Translations under genes and position numbers: made by a program
Shown: in pieces, positions 27,801-36,731 of the stretch
How positions within the stretch are numbered: the first letter of the stretch is position 1
How the letters are laid out: each line of letters opens with the position of its first letter
Assembly: GCA_002861595.1 (NCBI GenBank)
Contig: PJQG01000037.1
Location: 15,389 to 79,388, forward strand
Direction of reading: 5' to 3'
Length of the DNA: 64,000 nucleotides
Origin: Actinomycetota bacterium
Lineage (GTDB): Bacteria > Actinomycetota > Acidimicrobiia > Acidimicrobiales > GCA-2861595
The notes under the pieces: generated by a model
Databases searched by the model: none
Seen by the model: the letters and a program-made list of their open reading frames with translations, nothing else
Told to the model about the DNA's origin: nothing

Positions 27801-28358
27801 TTGTTCGCCACGCGCACCCGGCAACGTATTGCCGCGCTCGACGCCTCCGCCGATCGTGCCGTCGAGCGCTGGCGGGGCAACCGGGCCGCCGACCGGCTCT
27901 TCTACGGCGCCTCCGCCCTCGGCGACCACAGCCTCATCTGGGTGATCCTCGGGGCGGTGCGGGGGCTGCGTTCCGAACACGACTTCGCCGCCGCGGCCCG
28001 CGTCGGTGCCGGGGTGGCCGTCGAGTCGGTGCTCGTGAACCTGTTCATCAAGTCGCTGTTCCGCCGCACCCGCCCCCCATGGGACGTCGAGCGCCCGCAC
28101 CGCCTCCGTCGCCCCCGCACCAGTTCCTTCCCGAGCGGGCACGCCACCTCGGCGTTCACGTCCGCGGTGCTGCTCTCCGAGGGAGACCTCCTCTGGCCGC
28201 TCTACTACGCCCTCGCCGTGGTGGTCGCCGCCAGCCGGGTCCACGTGCGCATCCACCACGCCTCTGATGTGCTCGCCGGCGCCGCCATGGGCCTCGCCTT
28301 CGGCCACATCGGCCGGCGCCTCGCTCCCCTCCCTGCACGACCCGTCGAGAGCCCGTAG
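27801..28358 (+). CDS. PAP2 family phosphatase
   Basis: KxxxxRxRP, SFPSGH, SRxxxxxHxxSD. Confidence 0.88.
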   Translation: MFATRTRQRIAALDASADRAVERWRGNRAADRLFYGASALGDHSLIWVILGAVRGLRSEHDFAAAARVGAGVAVESVLVNLFIKSLFRRTRPPWDVERPHRLRRPRTSSFPSGHATSAFTSAVLLSEGDLLWPLYYALAVVVAASRVHVRIHHASDVLAGAAMGLAFGHIGRRLAPLPARPVESP

Positions 28359-28385
28359 CCCGGCGCGCAGGCGGGCGCGGCAGGA

Positions 28386-28718
28386 TCAGTACAGCTCTTC
28401 GGGGTCCTCGCCGCCGAAGACCACCCGCTCTATCCGGCTCTCGGGGAGCAGCACGGCCGAGACGCCCACCGCGGCCAGGATGACGCCACCCAGGATGGCG
28501 ATGATGAGACGGCTGCCCCCGCTGCGGTTGCACACCGACTCCTCCCGGCCGAACACGAAGCCCCGGGTCGCCCGTTCCTTCGGCGCCGACCCCTGCAGCG
28601 GCCCCTTGCACTCGAGCCCTCCTGCCGCCTGGAACGGCTTGAGGCCCCAGCCCAGGGTGAACAGCAGGGCGATGGCCAGGGCCAGGACCAGTCCGGTCCT
28701 GCGGTTCTTGTCGGTCAT
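28386..28718 (-). CDS. Two-TM hypothetical protein with an extracellular Cys pair
   Basis: GGAGGG RBS, ATG 28718; two hydrophobic segments. Confidence 0.6.
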   Translation of the reverse strand: MTDKNRRTGLVLALAIALLFTLGWGLKPFQAAGGLECKGPLQGSAPKERATRGFVFGREESVCNRSGGSRLIIAILGGVILAAVGVSAVLLPESRIERVVFGGEDPEELY

Positions 28719-28795
28719 GCCACGACCCTCCTGCTCGTCCGGCTGACATCGTGGCACGGCGCCGGTGCCCTCACCACCCCGGTACCCGGCGACCG

Positions 28796-28817
28796 TGTCA
28801 CACCTCCCCTGCATACT
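28796..28817 (+). promoter_or_regulatory. PafBC-like promoter TGTCAC-N10-CATACT
   Basis: 6 nt before ATG 28824. Confidence 0.65.
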
Positions 28818-28823
28818 CGGGTC

Positions 28824-28967
28824 ATGGACGCACAACTGATCCTGCTGGAAGACGAAGGCCCGGACTGGCGGCTCGACGAGCGCACGCGGGAGCGTGGGCG
28901 CCGCGGCGTGGCCGCCGCCCGGGCTGCGCTGGAGAAGGCGACCCGCCAGGTCGCTTCGGCCGCCTGA
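28824..28967 (+). CDS. 47-aa hypothetical protein (MDAQLILLEDEGPDWRLDERTRERGRRGVAAARAALEK...)
   Basis: Hand translation; leaderless promoter geometry; below the ORF-track cutoff. Confidence 0.65.
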   Translation: MDAQLILLEDEGPDWRLDERTRERGRRGVAAARAALEKATRQVASAA

Positions 28968-28995
28968 GGCCGATGCGCCGGCGGCCTGCGGCGGC

Positions 28996-30390
28996 TCACG
29001 GCGCGTCGACCGCGTACGTCCAGTCCGGCTGCTTGCGGTACTGGTTCTCGTCGTACACCACGTGGCCATCGCCCATGTCCACGATCTTCGCCAGTGGCAC
29101 GTCGCGGGGGCGGGGGCAGGCTCCCGTCTCCAGGTGCTCGGCGAACTCCTGCGGGAAGGCGCGCAGGATGCTTCGCACCATCACCTGTTCCTCCACGGCC
29201 AGGTAGCACCGGTTGCCGTCGGTCACCTTGTCGAGCCACCCACCCATCTCGTCGATGTCGCGCTCGGTGGCGACGCCGCGCTCCACCCGTTCGAGACGGC
29301 TGGTGATCTCCCCAGAGCCGAGCTTGCAGGGGGGGCACTGCCCACACGACTCCACGAAGAGGAACCGTGAGAACTGACGGGCCACCTCCACCATGCAGGC
29401 GGTGTCATCGAAGATGATGAAACCTCCTGCGCCCATGCCGCTGCCGATGGACGCGAAGCCCTCGTACGTCAGGGGGATGTCGAGCTGGTCCCCCGTCACC
29501 ACGGCGTTGGCGACCCCCGAGAACACCGCCTTCACCGTTCGCCCCGGCGCCACGCCGCTGCCCACCGCGTGGATCACGTCGCCCAGTCGAGTCCCCAGCT
29601 CCACCTCGCCCACATCGGGGGCGATCACGTCTCCCACGACGGTGGACACGAGGTTCCCCGGCGACTGCTCGGTGCCCATGGAGCGGAACCACTCCGGTCC
29701 CTTCGCCAGGATGTGGGTGACGTTGGACAGCGTCTCGACGTTGTTGGCCAGAGTCGGGTTGGACTCGTGGCGGCCGGCGTGGCCCGGCTGGACCTCGGAG
29801 GCCTGCCATCCCGTCTGGGGGGCGGTGGCGAACAGGCCATGCTCGTGGGGCGGGAACAGCCGGGGCAATGGGGCGTTGCCCTGGATCACCTCCAGCATGG
29901 CCTTCTCCTCCCCGAACAGGTACTCCTCGGGCCCGGCCACGATGGTCACCTTGCAATCGCCGCACACGCCGGCCAGCTGGAACTCCTGGACCGCCCGGGT
30001 GACCGCTTCCAGCTCGCGTTCAAAGCTGCGCTTCAGGCAGATGAACACCTCCTCGGCGGCGACTGCCAGCGCGGCGACGAGCACGCCCTCGACGAGCTGG
30101 TACGGGTTGGCCCGCATGAGGGCGCGGTCCTTGAAGGTGCCCGGCTCGCCCTCGGCCCCGTTGCAGACCAGGTAGTGGTGGGTGCCGGCCTGGCCGGCGA
30201 TCGACGCCCACTTGCGCCCGGTGGGAAACCCCGCCCCGCCCCGGCCCCGCAGCCCCGATCGCCTCACCTCCTCGATGGTGCCCCGCGGCCCCAGCTCCTG
30301 CGCCCGCTTCAGGGCCAGGCCGCCGACATCGCTGGCCAGGTACTCGTCCAGCGAGGTGACCGGGGTCGGGGGCAGGAGGAATGGCGCCAT
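28996..30390 (-). CDS. Stand-alone NuoF/HoxF-like FMN, Fe-S oxidoreductase
   Basis: SGLRGRGGAGFPTG, CNGAEGEPGTFKD, ESCGQCPPC...C. Confidence 0.88.
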   Translation of the reverse strand: MAPFLLPPTPVTSLDEYLASDVGGLALKRAQELGPRGTIEEVRRSGLRGRGGAGFPTGRKWASIAGQAGTHHYLVCNGAEGEPGTFKDRALMRANPYQLVEGVLVAALAVAAEEVFICLKRSFERELEAVTRAVQEFQLAGVCGDCKVTIVAGPEEYLFGEEKAMLEVIQGNAPLPRLFPPHEHGLFATAPQTGWQASEVQPGHAGRHESNPTLANNVETLSNVTHILAKGPEWFRSMGTEQSPGNLVSTVVGDVIAPDVGEVELGTRLGDVIHAVGSGVAPGRTVKAVFSGVANAVVTGDQLDIPLTYEGFASIGSGMGAGGFIIFDDTACMVEVARQFSRFLFVESCGQCPPCKLGSGEITSRLERVERGVATERDIDEMGGWLDKVTDGNRCYLAVEEQVMVRSILRAFPQEFAEHLETGACPRPRDVPLAKIVDMGDGHVVYDENQYRKQPDWTYAVDAP

Positions 30391-30417
30391 CGGGGGATTC
30401 TCCACCTCGCTGGCCCA

Positions 30418-30439
30418 TGTCACACCTCGCGACCACAAT
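30418..30439 (+). promoter_or_regulatory. PafBC-like promoter TGTCAC-N10-CACAAT
   Basis: 7 nt before ATG 30447. Confidence 0.65.
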
Positions 30440-30446
30440 CGACCTC

Positions 30447-31031
30447 ATGCGACCCTTGGCGACCATGACGACACCACGCCGGGGCCCCGGCTCCACGCTC
30501 CTCGTCATGGTGGCGCTGGTCGCGGCGGCGGTGGGCGCACTCGTGCTGGCCGGCCTCTCCACGCGCTCTCCGGGCCCCGGCCCTCGCCCCGGTCCCGCCG
30601 GCGGCGGGCTGCCCGCCGGTCTCGACGTCACCGTCGAGCGCGTCGTCGACGGAGACACCATCGTCGTGTCGGGGGGAGAGCGGGTGCGCCTGATCGGCGT
30701 CGACACCCCCGAGACGAAGGACCCGCGCCGGCCCGTGGGCTGCTTCGGCGAGCAGGCCAGCAACTTCACGTCCTCGCTCCTGCCGGTGGGAGCGCGGGTG
30801 CGCCTGGTGGGAGATGTCGAGCAGCGCGACCGCTACCAGCGCCTGCTGGCCTACGCCTACCGCCTGCCCGACGGTCTGTTCGTCAATGCCGAGCTTCTCC
30901 GCCGCGGCTTCGCCCAGGTCCTCACCATCCCCCCCAACATCGCCCACAGCAGCGAGTTCCTGGCCCTCTCGCGGGAGGCCCGGGACGCCGAGCGCGGCCT
31001 CTGGGGCGCCTGTCGCGGCCGTGGGCCGTGA
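30447..31031 (+). CDS. Membrane-anchored thermonuclease (SNase-like)
   Basis: VVDGDT, RLIGVDTPE, DRYQRLLAY, GLW. Confidence 0.9.
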   Translation: MRPLATMTTPRRGPGSTLLVMVALVAAAVGALVLAGLSTRSPGPGPRPGPAGGGLPAGLDVTVERVVDGDTIVVSGGERVRLIGVDTPETKDPRRPVGCFGEQASNFTSSLLPVGARVRLVGDVEQRDRYQRLLAYAYRLPDGLFVNAELLRRGFAQVLTIPPNIAHSSEFLALSREARDAERGLWGACRGRGP

Positions 31032-31064
31032 GATGGTGGGACCGCGGGCGCTACGGTCGGTCTC

Positions 31065-31898
31065 GTGGCCAGCGTCGCCGAGCGGCTCGGGTACCCGCCC
31101 ACGGCCAAGCTGCTCATCCTCAACTGCGACGACCTGGGATCGAGTCACGCCGCCAACGTCGGGGTCTACGAGGCGCTGCGAGAGGGCGCCGCCACCAGCG
31201 CCAGCCTCATGGTCCCCTGCGCATGGGCCCGCGAGGCCGCCGCCCGCTATCGAGGCGAGGATGTCGGCGTCCATCTGACCCTCAACGCCGAGTGGGAGGT
31301 CTACCGGTGGGGCCCGATCACCCACGCCCCCTCGCTGCTCGACGGTGACGGCGGCTTTCCCCGCACGGTTGAGGACCTGTGGGACCACGCCGATCTCGAA
31401 GAGGTGGCCAAGGAGCTGCGGGCCCAGGTGGAGCGGGCCATCCTCTGGGGCTTCGACGTCAGTCATCTCGACTCCCACATGGGCTGCCTGCACCGCCGGC
31501 CGGAGTTCTTCGACATCTACCTGGCCCTCGCCGTCGAGTTCGAACTGCCCATTCGGCTCTCGAGCTCCTCCACCGAGCGCAACATCGGCTTTCCCTTCCG
31601 CGACCTGGCCGCCGCGGAGGGCGTGTTGTTCCCCGACCACCTGGCCCACGCCCGAGGGGCAGGCAGCCGCAAGGCGCTCGAGCGGGCCCTGTTCGAGCTG
31701 CAGCCGGGGATCACGGAGTTCTTCGCCCACCCCGCCGCCGACACCCCGGAGCTGCGGGCCCTCGCGCCCGACTGGGCGACGCGCGTCGACGACCACGACC
31801 TGTTGGTGCACGACCACGGCATCCAGGTGCTGGCCGAACGAGCCGGCGCCGTGCTCATCGGCTACCGCGACCTTCGAGAAGCCATGCGAGCATCGTGA
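31065..31898 (+). CDS. YdjC/ChbG/HpnK family deacetylase
   Basis: NCDDLG, GVHLTL, HLDSHMG. Confidence 0.87.
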   Translation: MASVAERLGYPPTAKLLILNCDDLGSSHAANVGVYEALREGAATSASLMVPCAWAREAAARYRGEDVGVHLTLNAEWEVYRWGPITHAPSLLDGDGGFPRTVEDLWDHADLEEVAKELRAQVERAILWGFDVSHLDSHMGCLHRRPEFFDIYLALAVEFELPIRLSSSSTERNIGFPFRDLAAAEGVLFPDHLAHARGAGSRKALERALFELQPGITEFFAHPAADTPELRALAPDWATRVDDHDLLVHDHGIQVLAERAGAVLIGYRDLREAMRAS

Positions 31899-31992
31899 TG
31901 GCCCCGAGGCGCCGGCGCTCATCCCATCGCCACGTGGCCCCGTAGAACGTCAGGATCTCTGTGTCGACCGCACCCACCAAGGAGCACACCCC

Positions 31993-32157
31993 ATGAACCT
32001 CGGAGCCCCTGAGCTTCTCATCATCCTCGCCGTCATCATGTTGTTGTTCGGCTCGACCCGCCTGCCCCACCTGGCCCGTTCCCTCGGACAGGCCTCCAAG
32101 GAGTTCAAGGCCGGCGTGCACGACACCAAGGCCACGGAGACGGCGGACCGGCGGTGA
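31993..32157 (+). CDS. tatA: Twin-arginine translocase TatA/E subunit
   Basis: LGAPELLIIL...LLFG..RLP.LARSLG....EFK; AAGGAG RBS. Confidence 0.88.
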   Translation: MNLGAPELLIILAVIMLLFGSTRLPHLARSLGQASKEFKAGVHDTKATETADRR

Positions 32158-32528
32158 AGGCGGTTGTTGGCGCTGCCTTCGCCGCCGCCCTCGCCCTGGG
32201 CGCCTGCGGCGGGGACAGCGACACCGCTTCGACGACCGACACCACCGAGCCCGACCAGGCGACGGGCGGCGGCGGGGCGACTGGAGACACCATCGCCATC
32301 AAGAACTTCAAGTTCGTGCCCGACAAGCTCACCGCCAACGTGGGCGACATGATCAAGGTGACCAACGAGGACAACGCCGCTCACACCCTCACGGCCAAGG
32401 ACAAGTCGGTGGACACCGGCAACCTGGACGAGGGCGCCAGCGCGACGATCACCCTGGCCAAGGCCGGCACCCTCGATTACATCTGCAACATCCACCCCTA
32501 CATGACGGGCACCATCGAGGTCGAGTAG
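32154..32528 (+). CDS. Cupredoxin (type 1 copper) lipoprotein
   Basis: LGAC lipobox; H...YICNIHPYM ligands. Confidence 0.88.
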   Translation: MKAVVGAAFAAALALGACGGDSDTASTTDTTEPDQATGGGGATGDTIAIKNFKFVPDKLTANVGDMIKVTNEDNAAHTLTAKDKSVDTGNLDEGASATITLAKAGTLDYICNIHPYMTGTIEVE

Positions 32529-32563
32529 GGCCACGGAACGCGGCCGCCGAGTACACGCGCCGA

Positions 32564-32633
32564 CTCTGGAGTGCATGCCGTACCGGATCGGGAGTGGATG
32601 CCGTACCGGATTGGTACGCCCGGTACTCCAGAG
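32564..32633. repeat. Intergenic element with 9-bp terminal inverted repeats and a 23-bp near-perfect direct repeat
   Basis: CTCTGGAGT...ACTCCAGAG; GGAGTGCATGCCGTACCGGATCG / GGAGTGGATGCCGTACCGGATTG. Confidence 0.6.
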
Positions 32634-32661
32634 CAGGGGTGAGGGCGTCCCGGGGCTGCCG

Positions 32662-33438
32662 TCAGGCGCGGCGGCGCTTGGCCTCCGGGACCCACCCCAT
32701 CAGCACCGGGGGCTCCTTGGTGGTGGTGACACCGCCGGCCCGCTCGGCGGTGACGGCGAGGGCCCGCACGTCGGTCACCGCCTTGAAGGCGGTGACCGCC
32801 GGCTCCTGCCCGAGCACCCCGAGGGAGATCCGGGTGTCGCCCACGAGGGCCCACAGCTGGTACGTCCGGTCGCCAGGCAGGGAGGGGAGGTTGGGGCGCA
32901 ACAGGTACCCCGAGCCGTCCGGGAGCATCACCGCCTCACCCGAGAGCTTGTCGTCCAGCGACTTCAGTTGCACCCGGCGGGCCCGCGTGTCGACCAGCGC
33001 TGCCATGGCCGTGTTCTCCAGGGAACGTCCTTCGACCGCGGCGCTGAGCGTGCGCAGGCGACGGTCCTGGTCCACCAGCTTGACGCCGAGAACCCCGATC
33101 ACAGAGGCGGCCGCTGCAGCCGTGGCCGCAGCCGCCATGCGCCAGCGAGGGGCGCGGCGGGTCGCCCGAGGGCCGAGAGCCACGATGCGGGACATGTCCA
33201 GCTTCGGGGGCGCCTCTTCCAGGCTGCCGATGATCCGCGGCCACACACCCGCCGGCGCACGGGCCCCGACCTGGGCGAGGAAGGCCACCACCTCCCGATG
33301 GGTGACGACCTCGTCGCGGCAGCACGGGCACTCCCGCAGGTGCAGCTCGACGGCCTCGGCCTCCTCGGGCGAAACGGCGTCGACGGCGTAGGCGCCGAGC
33401 AGCTCCTCGAGCTCGATGTGGGTCAGACCTGCGGCCAT
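32662..33438 (-). CDS. Anti-sigma-K factor RskA-like (ZAS motif)
   Basis: HLRECPCC, TM segment, TYQLW, AVTAE. Confidence 0.85.
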   Translation of the reverse strand: MAAGLTHIELEELLGAYAVDAVSPEEAEAVELHLRECPCCRDEVVTHREVVAFLAQVGARAPAGVWPRIIGSLEEAPPKLDMSRIVALGPRATRRAPRWRMAAAATAAAAASVIGVLGVKLVDQDRRLRTLSAAVEGRSLENTAMAALVDTRARRVQLKSLDDKLSGEAVMLPDGSGYLLRPNLPSLPGDRTYQLWALVGDTRISLGVLGQEPAVTAFKAVTDVRALAVTAERAGGVTTTKEPPVLMGWVPEAKRRRA

Positions 33439-34010
33439 GCCAGATCCAGATCGGCTGCGGTGAGGGCGGACCTGAGGCGCTTGAGGCCGGCGCGGATCCT
33501 GCTCTTGACGGTGCCCTCGGGTTGGCCGAGCAGGGTGGCCACCTCCCGGTAGGTGTGCCCGCCGAAGTAGGCCAGCTCGATGGCGCGGCGCTCGTCGTGG
33601 GGCAGCACGGCCACAGCTTCCTTGACCCGGCTGGCCAGCGTCAGGTCCCACACCTCGCGCTCGAGGTCGTAGCCGGCCTCGGCCGTCTGGCGCGCCTCCC
33701 GCTCCTCCCGGCGGCGCCGGGAGCCCTCGGAGCGCAGCAGGTCGACGGCCCTTCCGTGGGCCTGGGCCAGCAGGTAGGAGCGCAGCGAACCGCGCTCGGG
33801 GTCGAACTTCTCGGGCTGGTTCCACAGCCGAAGGAACACCTCCTGGAGGACCTCCTCGGCCGAGACCAGGTCGGCCAGGACCCTCCGGGCGAGGGAGAAC
33901 ACCGCGCCGGCGTGGCGGCGGTAGGCCTCGGCCAGGGCTTCCTCGCGCCAGCGGCCGATGGCCACCACCAGCGCCTGGTCGCTCATGTCCTTCAATGGCT
34001 CGGCTGGCAC
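33423..34010 (-). CDS. ECF sigma factor, SigK-like
   Basis: AEEVLQEVF, LAYFGGHTYREVA, GTVKSRIRAGL. Confidence 0.88.
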   Translation of the reverse strand: MPAEPLKDMSDQALVVAIGRWREEALAEAYRRHAGAVFSLARRVLADLVSAEEVLQEVFLRLWNQPEKFDPERGSLRSYLLAQAHGRAVDLLRSEGSRRRREEREARQTAEAGYDLEREVWDLTLASRVKEAVAVLPHDERRAIELAYFGGHTYREVATLLGQPEGTVKSRIRAGLKRLRSALTAADLDLAWPQV

Positions 34011-34080
34011 CGTTGGTTGTTCGGAGCGGTCCGGGCGCACGGATGGCGTCGTCACGGCAGTCGGCCCGGGCGCCGGATCC

Positions 34081-35307
34081 TCAACTGAACCTGGTGTCGA
34101 ACTGCCTGGCGATGGCGCCGGCCAGCAATTCCGCCAGCAGTGGCGTGGTGGCCGCCGCCTCGTGGAGGCGCTGGAACTCGGTGGCATCACCGGCCGCCTG
34201 GGCCGCGATCACGGCCAGGACGGCGTCCACGTAGTCCTCGAAGTCTGCGGCCACCGCCTGCCTCGGGAGGTTGGGGTTGACGCCGTTTAGGAAGGCGCCC
34301 AGGGCGGTGCGGAACCGGGCCAGCTCGGCTGCCGCCTTCGCCATGGCGGCGGCGTCGCCGGCCGCCGCGGCCTCGGCGTCGTCGACGAAGGCCGCGATGT
34401 GGGCCCGCCAGATCTGGAGGAACTGCCGACCCGCGGCATCGCCGTAGACCGAGCCGATGAGGTTGGCCACGCCCTCGGAGCTCTCGTCGAGGGTTTCGCG
34501 CGACTTCTTGTCGTCAACGCCGGCGACCACCGTGCGGGTCGTGGCCGCCAGCAGGTACACGTGCTCCTGGAGCGCGGCGATGAAGGTGGCCAGCAGTGTG
34601 GCTCCCCCACCGTCGGCGGTCCCGGCGAAAGCTTCGGGCATCTGCTTCACGATGCCGGCGGCGAAGACGGCACCGGTGCGGGGCATGACCGCGGCCGCCT
34701 CCTTGAGCTTGGCCAGCGCCGTGGGGTCGTCCTTGGCCTGGGCGGTGATCGCGGCCAGCACGGCGCCGATGTGGGTGCCGGCATCCTCCTTCGAAGCGTC
34801 GGCAGGCAACTGCGGGTTGGTCTGGTTGACGAACGCCCCGAACTCGTCCTGGTAGAGGGCGAGGTCGGCCTTCACCTTGGCCAGCGCGGCCTGGTCCCCG
34901 GCCGCGGTCGCCTGGGCGAACTCGACGAACAGCCCCGTCTTCCGGCGCCACAGCTCGAGGAACCGCTGGGCCACGGCATCGCTGTAGAGACGCCCGAAGG
35001 TCTCTCCCAGCGCCGCCGTGTTGGCGTCGAGGACGGCCGCCGCGGGGGCGGCATCCTTGCCCTGCAGCACCAGGTTGGTGGTGATGCCGGACAGGAACAC
35101 GTGCTCCTGGAGCAGGTGGGTCAGGTTGGCCCGCAACGTGGCCGCCGGCGAGTACACACCTCCGACCTCGAGGTTGACGGGGGCGCCCTGCCCGGTCCTG
35201 CCAGCCGCCGGCGCCGCCTCCTTGTCACCGTCGCTGCCACCGCACGCACCGGCCACCAGGGCGACGAGGAGCCCTGTGGCAACGAGGCGTCGTCGAGTGG
35301 TCGTCAT
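34081..35307 (-). CDS. Lipoprotein with internally duplicated helical domain
   Basis: VAGAC lipobox; LQEHV...YxD....FLxxWR occurs twice. Confidence 0.75.
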   Translation of the reverse strand: MTTTRRRLVATGLLVALVAGACGGSDGDKEAAPAAGRTGQGAPVNLEVGGVYSPAATLRANLTHLLQEHVFLSGITTNLVLQGKDAAPAAAVLDANTAALGETFGRLYSDAVAQRFLELWRRKTGLFVEFAQATAAGDQAALAKVKADLALYQDEFGAFVNQTNPQLPADASKEDAGTHIGAVLAAITAQAKDDPTALAKLKEAAAVMPRTGAVFAAGIVKQMPEAFAGTADGGGATLLATFIAALQEHVYLLAATTRTVVAGVDDKKSRETLDESSEGVANLIGSVYGDAAGRQFLQIWRAHIAAFVDDAEAAAAGDAAAMAKAAAELARFRTALGAFLNGVNPNLPRQAVAADFEDYVDAVLAVIAAQAAGDATEFQRLHEAAATTPLLAELLAGAIARQFDTRFS

Positions 35308-35317
35308 GCCCGCGCCC

Positions 35318-35704
35318 TCAATACTCCGTGATCTGCCTGATCTCGTCCTGGAGCTGTTTGTACTCCGGCGAGTTCGTGAGGGGGAGCAGCGACATCAGCT
35401 TGGCCATGTTGCCGGTGACCTTGACCCGCCCCTGCATGAAGGCGGCGGTGGCGTCCAGCTCCCCCTTCTGGATGCTGGCGGCGTCCTCGTAGCTCTGGGT
35501 GAGGGTGATCTCGGGGTCCTCGATCTCCCCCAGCTGGGCTTCCAGGAGCTTGCCCTCCTCCAACAGCCAGTAGTACCTGATGTCGCCGTCGGGGCCGCCG
35601 AGGACGACGTACTGCATGCGCGCCGAGGCGCCGGGGCGCTCGGGCTGGCTCTCGGCCATCTTCAACGTGGCCTCGTGCCACTCGGGGCTGAGGAACTTCG
35701 GCAT
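35318..35704 (-). CDS. SCP2 sterol-binding domain protein
   Basis: KFLSPEW, AFMQGRVKVTGNMAKLM. Confidence 0.88.
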   Translation of the reverse strand: MPKFLSPEWHEATLKMAESQPERPGASARMQYVVLGGPDGDIRYYWLLEEGKLLEAQLGEIEDPEITLTQSYEDAASIQKGELDATAAFMQGRVKVTGNMAKLMSLLPLTNSPEYKQLQDEIRQITEY

Positions 35705-35725
35705 CTGGGTCCTCTCTCGGTCCTC

Positions 35726-35778
35726 GGCGACGGGGCGACGGGGCGACGGGGCGACGGGGCGACGGGGCGACGGGGCGA
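35726..35778. repeat. Octamer tandem repeat (GGCGACGG) x6.6
   Basis: Direct reading, between mca and the SCP2 gene. Confidence 0.95.
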
Positions 35779-35780
35779 AT

Positions 35781-36650
35781 CTAGTGAAGGACCCGCTCGC
35801 GGACGCCGGCGAAGAGGTCGTCCTCGGGAACGTCGGTGTGCACCATGCTCCGGGCCAGCTCGTACTCGTCGTAGGGATGGATGGTGCGGGCCACCTCGGG
35901 CGGCAGGCCGAACCAGAACGGGGAGTCGGGATCGATCTGGGTGGCGTGGGCCAACAGCGCCTCCCGGCGCACGTCGGCATACTCGCCGATGTCGATGCTG
36001 GTGGTGATGCGGTCGTCGCGGGAGGGCCTCTCGAACCACTTCTCGTCGAAGGGCGACTCCAGGCCGAGCTCCTGGAACTTGGCGTGCGTCGCCACCATCC
36101 GGGCCCGGGACCAGACCGTGTAATACAGCTTCAGGGCCTGCCAGGGCGGGCCCAGCTCCGGGTAGGCGTCGGGGTCGCCGGCGCGCTCGAAGGCCAGCAC
36201 CGAGATCTCGTTGACCCGGAGGTGGTCGGGGTGGCGGTAGCCGAGCTGCTCGTCCTCGTAGGTCACGATGACATGGGGGCGGACCTGGCGGATGTGGCCC
36301 ACGAGGCGCCCGACGGCCTGGTCGAGGTCAGCCCGGGCGAAGCAGTCGGGGTGCTGGTTGGACTCGCTGTCGGGCATGCCGGAGTCCCGGTAACCCAGCA
36401 GGACGACGTCGTCGTAGCCGATGATCTGAGCCGCCCGGGACAGCTCCTCCATCCGGTACCGGTGCAGGTTCTCCCGGACCTCGGGCCGCTCCATGGCCGG
36501 ATTGAGGATGTCGCCCGCCTCGCCTCCGGTGCAGCAGACGAGCACGGTGTGAACGCCTTCGGCGTGGTACCGCGCCACCGTGCCCGCCCCCTTCGACGAC
36601 TCGTCGTCGGGATGGGCGTGGACGCTCAGGAGGCAGAGCTGCTCGGGCAC
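35781..36650 (-). CDS. mca: Mycothiol conjugate amidase
   Basis: HAHPDDESSKGA, GEAGDILNP, HPDH, AHATQIDP. Confidence 0.88.
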   Translation of the reverse strand: MPEQLCLLSVHAHPDDESSKGAGTVARYHAEGVHTVLVCCTGGEAGDILNPAMERPEVRENLHRYRMEELSRAAQIIGYDDVVLLGYRDSGMPDSESNQHPDCFARADLDQAVGRLVGHIRQVRPHVIVTYEDEQLGYRHPDHLRVNEISVLAFERAGDPDAYPELGPPWQALKLYYTVWSRARMVATHAKFQELGLESPFDEKWFERPSRDDRITTSIDIGEYADVRREALLAHATQIDPDSPFWFGLPPEVARTIHPYDEYELARSMVHTDVPEDDLFAGVRERVLH

Positions 36651-36731
36651 CCGCCCACGGTACGCCGTTCGTAGCGCCCGGCGGGCCCGGCCCTGGTCCC
36701 TACCGAGGGCGAAGGCGGCCGGCGGGGCCTC

